From positions 242 through 64,241 of IMG/VR virus record IMGVR_UViG_2974640449_000001: 64,000 nt of DNA; one strand, given 5' to 3'. Source of the stretch: a virus. Its lineage: Duplodnaviria; Heunggongvirae; Uroviricota; Caudoviricetes; Demerecviridae. How positions within the stretch are numbered: the first letter of the stretch is position 1; every line of letters begins with the position of its first letter. Made by a program: the position numbers and the translations under genes. Shown here in pieces: positions 1-7,320 of this stretch. The notes below the pieces were generated by a model. The model had not been told where the DNA came from, did not search any database, and saw only the letters and a list, made by a program, of their open reading frames with translations.

Positions 1-222
1 CCTATAGAATTTGCACCTATAGAATTTGCACCTACATGTATCACTTTTGCACCAATCGGATTTGCACCCGCAGGCGCAGAGGATTAGAGATTACTAATAA
101 AGTATGCCCTAAATTAGGGTTCACTACATTAGGGATTTCTAATAGACGTCTGGATGGCTATACGTCCAGATGGCTAGAAGTCTAGAAGTCCAGATGGCTA
201 TACGTCCAGATGGCTAGAAGTC
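1..222. repeat. Short tandem repeat blocks
   Basis: TTTGCACC at 10, 25, 46 and 61; exact 30-bp duplicate GATGGCTATACGTCCAGATGGCTAGAAGTC at 153-182 and 193-222. Confidence 0.9.
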
Positions 223-245
223 CGTATGCCATACCGTATAAAATA

Positions 246-261
246 TGGCACGATTTTTGCT
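246..261 (+). promoter_or_regulatory. sigma54 -24/-12 motif
   Basis: TGGCAC-GATTT-TTGCT matches TGGCAC-N5-TTGCW. Confidence 0.6.
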
Positions 262-271
262 TATTAAAAAG

Positions 272-342
272 TTATCCACAACTGTATATTTATACATGGC
301 TCTAAAACGCTCTATACAGAGTTATCCACAACCTTATCCACC
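272..342 (+). promoter_or_regulatory. DnaA boxes (x3)
   Basis: TTATCCACA at 272-280 and 322-330, TTATCCACC at 334-342. Confidence 0.75.
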
Positions 343-351
343 GCAAAACTA

Positions 352-367
352 CTGTATATTTATACAG
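352..367. promoter_or_regulatory. LexA (SOS) box; a one-mismatch copy lies at 282-297
   Basis: CTGTATATTTATACAG fits CTGT-N8(AT)-ACAG. Confidence 0.7.
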
Positions 368-492
368 TGCTTTTCAGGTAGCAGATTATTCCGAATACCG
401 TTTAAAGCTCTTGTAAGCCTCGCTAACAGCATCCTAGCGTTGTAGCAATACCCTAGCAAGGGGTAAGCCCTAAACAGCCCACACGTAGTACA

Positions 493-508
493 TGCAAGAA
501 CCATGCCA
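493..508 (-). promoter_or_regulatory. sigma54 -24/-12 motif (convergent with 246-261)
   Basis: Minus strand TGGCAT-GGTTC-TTGCA. Confidence 0.55.
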
Positions 509-529
509 ACCTGCCTGACGGGCGCGCCG

Positions 530-550
530 AAATGATAACTATTCTCATTT
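530..550. promoter_or_regulatory. Fur box
   Basis: AAATGATAACTATTCTCATTT fits the 7-1-7 Fur inverted repeat with 2 mismatches. Confidence 0.65.
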
Positions 551-583
551 GCCCGTATACAGTACGCCATACGGTAAAAGGTC

Positions 584-610
584 AAACAAAACGGCGTACC
601 GTGACGCCGT
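584..610 (-). terminator. Rho-independent terminator of the leftward pre-early unit
   Basis: ACGGCGT-N6-ACGCCGT hairpin followed by a T-rich tract on the minus strand. Confidence 0.6.
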
Positions 611-751
611 AACAGTTTTAATTTTTTAGTCGCTCTACTACCCAATCGCAGCGGCGGTCTAACTTATCTAATTTTTCGTCAATAACTCGCTGATTCTCTA
701 GTATCAGCTTTTGATTGTTAACGACTAGCTGCAACAGCTCTATAATCTTTT

Positions 752-976
752 TCATCGCGGCTCAAAATCTTTTACTATTTCTAGAAATTCACGGATAGTA
801 ATTCCATCGCATCGTATTTCTTCATCCGAGTGTTGAGTATGGCGTACTGTAAACTTGTCGTATTCTACTTGCTCAATTTCTGAGACTAGCACACCTTTAT
901 AGTATAAACCACGTTTTTTGTGTGGCTCATAAACTTGTTGCAAGAATGATACTAACATTTCACTAGGTCTTAACAT
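752..976 (-). CDS. Pre-early hypothetical protein
   Basis: 74-aa ORF, translationally coupled to 976..1218. Confidence 0.7.
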   Translation of the reverse strand: MLRPSEMLVSFLQQVYEPHKKRGLYYKGVLVSEIEQVEYDKFTVRHTQHSDEEIRCDGITIREFLEIVKDFEPR

Positions 977-1218
977 TAGTCTATCCCCTGTTCACTGATA
1001 AACTCACCTATAGCAAACATGCGCTCGCTATCGTTCGGGTAAGCGTCTGAATCAGCCATTTCAACAATAATAGCTAAATTAGATAAGCCTTGTTTAGCGA
1101 TTACTAAATCACGGAGCATGTTTTGAGTTACTACGTCTAGCGGATTATGTATCAAACGTGTATTGAGCATATGCTCAATACGTGCTAGTGCTTCCTGACT
1201 TTGTTTTATAGTAGCCAT
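976..1218 (-). CDS. Pre-early hypothetical protein
   Basis: 80-aa ORF with 1-nt stop/start overlaps on both sides. Confidence 0.75.
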   Translation of the reverse strand: MATIKQSQEALARIEHMLNTRLIHNPLDVVTQNMLRDLVIAKQGLSNLAIIVEMADSDAYPNDSERMFAIGEFISEQGID

Positions 1219-1412
1219 TACCAGGTAGCCTCCAATTGATAAAGCTTCTCAATTACATCGAATTGCTCGCCTTGCTCATTTTGCCAAACTTGCCCAAATT
1301 CGGTGTTTTCTACGTGCTTCATTGCCATAGGTATTGTGTAATATTGCATTTCCCCCATAAATGCAATATTACACATCCAGACTTGCCCTAGGGTTTCGAC
1401 ATGTACTTTCAT
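1218..1412 (-). CDS. Pre-early hypothetical protein
   Basis: 64-aa ORF, GGAGG SD upstream. Confidence 0.75.
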   Translation of the reverse strand: MKVHVETLGQVWMCNIAFMGEMQYYTIPMAMKHVENTEFGQVWQNEQGEQFDVIEKLYQLEATW

Positions 1413-1580
1413 TTTTTAGCCTCCATTAGCTCGCCTAATGAGATTACTATAACCATTGCTAGAAATGCTCCAGTCATTTTTCAATCACCAAAATTTTGTT
1501 ATAGTCCATACGTACAGTAAAAAACGGCTTGCCGTTTCTAACCGCCCACAATAGGGCGGTAGCGTAGTTGTCAAACTCCA

Positions 1581-1901
1581 TTAGACTTTTAACCAACCAT
1601 TAACAAACGTTGCGCCTTCATAAATAGAACGCCATGTTAATAAATCAGCTCTAGCGTATTGAAAAAGCATACCGCCATTAGTTGCGCCCTTAGCAAAAGC
1701 AATGGCATATGTCAATACTTTTGCTTTTAAAATTTCTTCGACTGACTCAAACAAACTAATATGGGTTGTCAGGTCAAAATGATACTCTTTGTTTGACAAA
1801 AAGCATTGCGCCATTTCCATGCGCTTGCTGATAGAAGTGTCAGCATTCAATTGGTAAGCCGTGCTTACTACTGGAGTAGTTAGATATTGTTTGTATTCCA
1901 T
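1581..1901 (-). CDS. Pre-early hypothetical protein
   Basis: 106-aa ORF, GAGG SD upstream, hairpins downstream. Confidence 0.75.
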   Translation of the reverse strand: MEYKQYLTTPVVSTAYQLNADTSISKRMEMAQCFLSNKEYHFDLTTHISLFESVEEILKAKVLTYAIAFAKGATNGGMLFQYARADLLTWRSIYEGATFVNGWLKV

Positions 1902-1960
1902 TTTGTTGCCCTCGCTTTCTAGCGGTAGTTAGTGGGGACTTTCGTCCCCCCGTTGATTAA

Positions 1961-2344
1961 TTAGTGCGCCATAATGCAATCAGGGTTTTCCCCGATTACC
2001 GTATATTCTTCAATCGCACGCTTACCAACACTTTCCCAAGATTGGTCATTTTTTGTTTTATTAGCTACACCGTGTAGGTAATAGCCGTTACCAGTATCAC
2101 GCTCTAATGAGAATGGTTTACCCATATCAAAAGCATTATTATAAAAGTGATGTTCCCAAGTACCTTCGACATCAAACCAGCGCCACATATAATGCTCGAA
2201 CATAGCTTTCATTTTGTCTAGTGCTAGCTGACATTCAACCTCGCTGATAATATCAGCCTCAAAACCGTTGCGAATAATGGCAACGGCTTTATTCCAACCT
2301 AGTGAATCAATGGTATCAGACAAGACAAGAAAATCAATTTTCAT
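1961..2344 (-). CDS. Pre-early hypothetical protein (start revised to MKIDF)
   Basis: GAGG SD before the ATG at 2344; promoter at 2407-2435. Confidence 0.7.
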   Translation of the reverse strand: MKIDFLVLSDTIDSLGWNKAVAIIRNGFEADIISEVECQLALDKMKAMFEHYMWRWFDVEGTWEHHFYNNAFDMGKPFSLERDTGNGYYLHGVANKTKNDQSWESVGKRAIEEYTVIGENPDCIMAH

Positions 2345-2406
2345 GGTAAAACCTCTCGCCAAAATCGGTGGCGGTATCCGTTTAGGCATCAATTGCCTAG
2401 GTCTTT

Positions 2407-2453
2407 ATAATACTAAAACCTAGGCAGGATGTAAAGTGATTTAGCTCACATTT
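2407..2453 (-). promoter_or_regulatory. sigma70 promoter with overlapping CRP-like site
   Basis: TTTACA-N17-TATTAT; TAAAGTGATTTAGCTCACATTT (2432-2453) matches 18/22 of the CRP consensus. Confidence 0.6.
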
Positions 2454-2773
2454 TACGATGTATAGTGAAAATCTACTTGGTCTATACCAATTTCACGCCA
2501 TACCATAGAACTTGTTTCAAGTCCATAGTTATCTAGCATATCTGATAAATTGGCTAGTTCGTCTAGGTCGCAATAGCCCTCGATACCCATATCAGAGTTA
2601 TAGAACATCATACCGTAGGCAGGATGAATCATAACGGCTAACTGAGAATCGTTATCAATATACCATATGGTATTTTCAGGGTCTTCATTAAATGCGTTCC
2701 CGTCTTCCTTAGTAACAAGGATTATTGAGTCTAGACTCAATAGTGTTGGTGTTTCGGTACAGTTAAAAGCCAT
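2453..2773 (-). CDS. Pre-early acidic hypothetical protein (start revised to MAFNC)
   Basis: GGAG SD before the ATG at 2773. Confidence 0.75.
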   Translation of the reverse strand: MAFNCTETPTLLSLDSIILVTKEDGNAFNEDPENTIWYIDNDSQLAVMIHPAYGMMFYNSDMGIEGYCDLDELANLSDMLDNYGLETSSMVWREIGIDQVDFHYTS

Positions 2774-2825
2774 TATTTCAATCTCCAATACGGGTAAAAA
2801 CCTACCGCCATAGCGGTAATAAACA

Positions 2826-2951
2826 TTACTGATTCAAACATACTATGCCTACCTTGTCAAATAGTTTTTTCATGGTAGAAGCCGAGGCGATAAACTCGCC
2901 AGTGTCGATACTTACACACCACCAAATTACATCAAAGAAAATACGATACAT
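2826..2951 (-). CDS. Small 41-aa pre-early ORF missing from the ORF track (MYRIFFDVIWWCVSIDTGEF...)
   Basis: GGAGG SD upstream of the ATG, open for 42 codons, followed by a hairpin plus T-tract. Confidence 0.55.
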   Translation of the reverse strand: MYRIFFDVIWWCVSIDTGEFIASASTMKKLFDKVGIVCLNQ

Positions 2952-3117
2952 TTTACCGCCTCCGTTGTTTGGGTAGGTCTATATTTACTCATATTCTAGC
3001 CCACTTGTCTAATAACATTTAGTTATATAAAACGATTCTGGCAACGCCAGGCGTTATAAGCGCTGTAAGCCATTCTGAGAGGTTCTAACAAAAAGCCTTA
3101 CTTTAATATGTCTAGGT

Positions 3118-3393
3118 TGTGGATAACCGCTCACAATGGATTCTAGGGGCAGGAAACGCCATTCTATATCGGATAAGCTGTGATTTAGGGTAGATAACTT
3201 CCATTTTCCTGTTGATAAGTTGTGGATATACAGTAGATAACCAGTATTATTAGAGATTGCTAATGTGAATAAGTCTGTTGATAAAAAGTTGGCACGAAAA
3301 TTTCCATAGAACAAAGTCAAATAAAAATTCGCTATATAATATAAACAAAAATTCTTTGACAAATAAAAATCCTTCGTTCTAGTTCTATTCACA
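3118..3393 (-). promoter_or_regulatory. Array of DnaA-box-like 9-mers
   Basis: TGTGGATAA 3118, TGTTGATAA 3210, TGTGGATAT 3221, TGTGAATAA 3264, TGTTGATAA ~3277, plus weaker xGTAGATAA copies, all co-oriented; one opposite-orientation CTATTCACA near 3385. Confidence 0.65.
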
Positions 3394-3395
3394 AA

Positions 3396-3413
3396 AGTGC
3401 ATGAATATGCAGT
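3396..3413. promoter_or_regulatory. ArgR (ARG) box-like palindrome
   Basis: AGTGCATGAATATGCAGT fits TGMAT-N4-ATKCA. Confidence 0.5.
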
Positions 3414-3650
3414 TTTTAGGGCAAAAGTGCATAAACCATTTAGTAATGCAATGGTATGGCTAAGGGCTAAAATCGCTTAGAATCGCATACAGAGCGTTTT
3501 AAAGGTATGTATAAATATACAGTAGTTTTTAAGTTGGCATGATTTTTGAGGGTATGACAAAGTTCACATTTTATATATACAAGTTTGACTTTTCATTCTA
3601 GCTATGGTAGACGCGCGCCCGTTTCCTTATATTTATAGGGCAAAAATACC

Positions 3651-3669
3651 TGATAGGCAAAACCTATCA
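3651..3669. promoter_or_regulatory. LysR/OxyR-type palindrome
   Basis: TGATAGG-CAAAA-CCTATCA contains ATAG-N7-CTAT. Confidence 0.4.
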
Positions 3670-3809
3670 ATCTAGTGTTTTTTAAAGATTTAAACGATTA
3701 GACTAATTTTCTCAATTCGCTATTATATACCCATACCAACGAGACAGGGCAGCAACAAAACCCTATCAAGTTGAGTATAGAAAGACTGAAAAGTTTTTCA
3801 AAAAAGTAG

Positions 3810-3838
3810 TTGACAAGCCAAACGGCTTTTGAGATACT
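3810..3838 (+). promoter_or_regulatory. Strong sigma70 promoter of the A2-A1-dmp operon
   Basis: TTGACA-N17-GATACT with an upstream A-tract. Confidence 0.85.
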
Positions 3839-3844
3839 ACTAAC

Positions 3845-3875
3845 GTTCCCAAGGGAACACGCTCTTTAACAATTT
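3845..3875 (+). promoter_or_regulatory. rrn-type boxB-like hairpin plus boxA antitermination element
   Basis: GTTCC-CAAG-GGAAC hairpin at the predicted +1, followed by CGCTCTTTAACAATTT (rrn boxA core GCTCTTTAACA). Confidence 0.7.
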
Positions 3876-4002
3876 GGAATATGTGATTTGACCCATTGCT
3901 TACTGGACTGTTTAACGAGTGTTAACCGTTAACCGATTCATAACGAGTCGGTTAACTGAGAAACACTCTCATTTAAACTAACCTATTAAGAGGAAAAATA
4001 TC

Positions 4003-4446
4003 ATGGCTAAGAAATGGACAGAAGAATCAGCAGCAAAAGCGGCAGAACTTTACAATGCTAAACTAGAAGCAGACGGTAAAGAAGCAGCAGCGCACAACGA
4101 TTTTCTAGATGAAATCGCTAAACACGAAGAAGTTCAAGCGGTATCAGGTAAAGCAGTGCGCTCAAAACTTACTGTTATGGGTATCTATCAGAAACCGGAC
4201 GCAGTTGCAAGTGTTGCGAAAACTAATACAGTGCGAAAAGAGCATTATGTACGTGCTCTAGCTCATACGCTAGGCTTAGATGTTGATGATTTGGACAGCC
4301 TTAAAAACGCTAAAATGTCAGCCCTAGAAGCTGTTTCGACTGCAATCGGTATTACTGACGTTATGACAGCAAGTGCAAAAGACTACAAACCAGATTTAGA
4401 AAAGGTTTGTGAAGCATTCGAAAATGCTCGCGGTCTAGACATTTAA
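4003..4446 (+). CDS. A2: T5 A2-like pre-early DNA-binding / DNA transfer protein
   Basis: N-terminal WTEE...VRSKLT...YQK motif resembling T5 A2; position next to A1. Confidence 0.8.
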   Translation: MAKKWTEESAAKAAELYNAKLEADGKEAAAHNDFLDEIAKHEEVQAVSGKAVRSKLTVMGIYQKPDAVASVAKTNTVRKEHYVRALAHTLGLDVDDLDSLKNAKMSALEAVSTAIGITDVMTASAKDYKPDLEKVCEAFENARGLDI

Positions 4447-4454
4447 CCGTCTAA

Positions 4455-4517
4455 TAAATTGGGGTAGCAATACCCCAATTTACAGTGTAAATTGCTTATC
4501 AGTTTACACTGTAAATT
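4455..4517 (+). repeat. Intergenic double-hairpin element, copy 1
   Basis: 12-bp stem with GCAA loop, plus a 15-bp stem. Confidence 0.85.
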
Positions 4518-4541
4518 AAACCCGTAAATGGAGATATAATC

Positions 4542-4913
4542 ATGTCACAACAAACTCAAATCATTGCATTAGGTTCACTTCTAGAAGCAGGTAACGCAAA
4601 ATCAGAGCTACAACAAAAAGTTGCTAAACTAATTAACGTGCGTTTTGGTTGGCGTAAAAACGACCGTATTTCTAGCAATACGTTACAAGCTGTTATCAAT
4701 TTGATTGAAACATACGGTGGCAAAAAGCTGTTTCTAGAAAGCGAGCTAGATTCATTAGTATATGCTAATAAAGCGGCTAAACTGACAGTATTCAGCCTAC
4801 TATGTGAGGCGTTAAAAATCACTGATGTAACAGAGCGTAAAAATATTATGTCTATTGTTACTAGTGGCGGGGAGCGCGAATTTCCGGTTCAAGTTCTAAA
4901 AGCATTCTGTTAG
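4542..4913 (+). CDS. Pre-early hypothetical protein
   Basis: 123-aa ORF, GGAG SD. Confidence 0.8.
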   Translation: MSQQTQIIALGSLLEAGNAKSELQQKVAKLINVRFGWRKNDRISSNTLQAVINLIETYGGKKLFLESELDSLVYANKAAKLTVFSLLCEALKITDVTERKNIMSIVTSGGEREFPVQVLKAFC

Positions 4914-4920
4914 TCAGGTA

Positions 4921-4983
4921 TAAATTAGGGTAGCAATACCCTAATTTACAGTGTAAATTTACCCAAGTTTACACTGTAAATTT
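4921..4983 (+). repeat. Intergenic double-hairpin element, copy 2
   Basis: Near-identical to 4455-4517 with a compensatory G-C to A-T change. Confidence 0.85.
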
Positions 4984-5014
4984 CAAACCAACCCCATAGT
5001 GGAGATATACACAA

Positions 5015-6670
5015 ATGACTAAACAACTAGTAGAAAACAAAGCTCAAATCCTTAAACTTGCAAAAGGCGAAAACTTTTGGGGCAAACGCCTAGACTCAAA
5101 ACGTCGTGAGGTTGCAATTTCAATCCGTGAAGCTCTTAAACTAGATATTCATTCTAGCGATTTGGTTGATTTTCTGGACGATAACAAACCAGTTAAAAAG
5201 ACGCAGCAAAAATCACACGCTCAACAGGCAAGTGCAGACATTGAGCCAACTTTTGCAGGTAGTTTGCAGGGGCGTGATTATGAAAATCTAGACGATGGTT
5301 TATATATCATCACGGCAGCGCAAAACAATACTAAACCACATCCAGTATTAAATACATTGCTCTCAATGGCTAAATCATTGGATGCTGAATTTGGTATCAT
5401 GCCGATTAAATACACAACTACGTTGCAAGGCTTGGAGCGTAAAAAGCCTAGTTTTCACGCAGACGTTAAAAAGCATCTGCTAGATAATGTCGATACATGG
5501 TTGGGTGGCGAAGGTAACGTGCTACTTGCTAACAGTGCTCAAATTCTACCGACTGCAAAACAACCTATCAATGCAGCCGAAAAGCTTAATACAGGCGAGT
5601 CAATGACTATCGTTGCATCGCCTCGACGCCAAACAAAAACCCTACCTCGCCAGAAAAACGGTGCGCATCGTTGGGTTTATACAACGTCCGTTTGTACTCT
5701 TAAACACTACACTGATAGTCGTGCAGGGGCAGAGGCAGAAGCTGAGCATTGTTTCGGTGGTATCTTGATTCAAGTCACTAACGGCATGGTAAATCACCGC
5801 CGCCTAGTAGCTGACGAAAACGGCGTTATTGTTGATAATGGTTCGGTGTACTTCCCTGATGGTACAATCAAAGCTTACAACGATGTATTTGATAATCAGC
5901 CCGTTATTGTGCTAGGTGATTTACACTGCGAAAAAATGTGCGACGACTCATTTCAACGTGCTACAGATTGGGCATTCGCTAACAATCCTCGCCTAATTGT
6001 GGTACACGATGCGCTAGATTTTATGAGCCGTAACCATCATAACCGTGAAGATTGGACATTCTTGTATCAAATGCAAGACCGTGCAGTAATCGAAGATTTA
6101 ACCGATGTTATCAATCACTTGAATGCGCTTGCTGACATTGCGCCAGTATTTATTGTTGAATCAAATCATGATTTAGCCCTAGATTCTTGGCTACGTGATA
6201 ATAAATTCGACGTACGCAAAGACCCGAAAAACGCCCGTACTTATCACGCTCTAATGCTTGCTTACATTGAAGCTATGGATAACGGCACTTTTGACGACCT
6301 AGCGAAAATGGATTTAGCGTTTGCAGCCCTAGCCGATAAGCTACCAGAACTAAACCCAAATATTGAGTTTGGCAAGCTGGATAATCAAAAACTAGCTTAT
6401 GGTTATGATATTTCAATGCACGGTCACGTTGGTACAGGTGGGGCGAGAGGTAGCGCAGTATCATTTAAGAAAATGCGCATTAAAACAATTACAGCTCATA
6501 CCCATTCACCTTTTGAAGATAACAACAATATTGTTGTCGGTGTAACTGGTTCGATGGAAATGGGCTACAACAAAGGCGGTACAACTTGGGACAGAGCAAA
6601 CGCTATTGTTTATCCTAACTCAACTTGTCAGCTTATCCCGATGTATCTAATCGGTGAACAACAATACTAA
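5015..6670 (+). CDS. A1: T5 A1-like protein (metallophosphoesterase-type nuclease; host DNA degradation / second-step transfer)
   Basis: 551 aa, GDLH / HD / SNHD / HGH / HTH metal-binding motifs, synteny. Confidence 0.9.
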   Translation: MTKQLVENKAQILKLAKGENFWGKRLDSKRREVAISIREALKLDIHSSDLVDFLDDNKPVKKTQQKSHAQQASADIEPTFAGSLQGRDYENLDDGLYIITAAQNNTKPHPVLNTLLSMAKSLDAEFGIMPIKYTTTLQGLERKKPSFHADVKKHLLDNVDTWLGGEGNVLLANSAQILPTAKQPINAAEKLNTGESMTIVASPRRQTKTLPRQKNGAHRWVYTTSVCTLKHYTDSRAGAEAEAEHCFGGILIQVTNGMVNHRRLVADENGVIVDNGSVYFPDGTIKAYNDVFDNQPVIVLGDLHCEKMCDDSFQRATDWAFANNPRLIVVHDALDFMSRNHHNREDWTFLYQMQDRAVIEDLTDVINHLNALADIAPVFIVESNHDLALDSWLRDNKFDVRKDPKNARTYHALMLAYIEAMDNGTFDDLAKMDLAFAALADKLPELNPNIEFGKLDNQKLAYGYDISMHGHVGTGGARGSAVSFKKMRIKTITAHTHSPFEDNNNIVVGVTGSMEMGYNKGGTTWDRANAIVYPNSTCQLIPMYLIGEQQY

Positions 6671-6736
6671 TTAGTGTTTTATTAATAGGCATTCTAGCGA
6701 GTGCCTATTGTTGAACCCACTAATGGAGATAGACAA

Positions 6737-7240
6737 ATGTCAATTGAAGCAGTATTAACTCAAAAAGCAGAAGCTAAACAAGAAGCCAAAAAACAAAAAG
6801 CTATCTATCAAGAAGCTAAACACAAGCACAGCATAGCAGCTAGTAAAGCGTTATTTACAGAAGCCGATAAAGAGCTAATAGCCGAGCAGGTTAACACGCT
6901 TAAAAGTTTTGGTACTACGCCTCTTATGTCATGGGGGGACTTATCAAAACATGGCAATATTCTAAAATATCTCAAGCTGTTTGATATTGACAAGGACGTG
7001 AAATTATTTGCTACGTCTATCCTTTGTGACGACGACTTGAAAAAAGCTATTACTGAATACGACACGGCAAAAGAAATTTACTGCAAAGCATTGCGTGAAT
7101 TAATGTTGTCTAAAGCTACACTTCTAAATGCTTTGATTCAGAATAAATTGTTTGGTTTCTTACGTGTCAGTACCAAGAAGTTAGCAAAAGCGGCAGCAGA
7201 TATGCGCAAGCATTCAGAACGCTACAACACACAATACTAA
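6737..7240 (+). CDS. Pre-early hypothetical protein (start revised to MSIEAV)
   Basis: GGAG SD before the ATG at 6737. Confidence 0.8.
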   Translation: MSIEAVLTQKAEAKQEAKKQKAIYQEAKHKHSIAASKALFTEADKELIAEQVNTLKSFGTTPLMSWGDLSKHGNILKYLKLFDIDKDVKLFATSILCDDDLKKAITEYDTAKEIYCKALRELMLSKATLLNALIQNKLFGFLRVSTKKLAKAAADMRKHSERYNTQY

Positions 7241-7320
7241 TCCTACGCCATACGGCTCGACGGGCGCAAATGTGACGCCCGTCACACTTTACAAATTACC
7301 CAATTATGGAGATTAAACCA

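Noticed and set aside
1-222. CRISPR-like array
   Set aside because: Units are 8-16 bp with no unique spacers, and no cas genes are present
245-645. ORFs 245..445 (+) and 349..645 (-)
   Set aside because: No SD, atypical composition, and they overlie the operator cluster; treated as non-coding
3126-3137. CCGCTCACAAT resembles a lac operator half-site or vector contamination
   Set aside because: Only 11 bp, embedded in phage-like DnaA repeats, with no other vector sequence
3054-3392. 112-aa minus-strand ORF
   Set aside because: Low-complexity translation of the DnaA-box array, no SD
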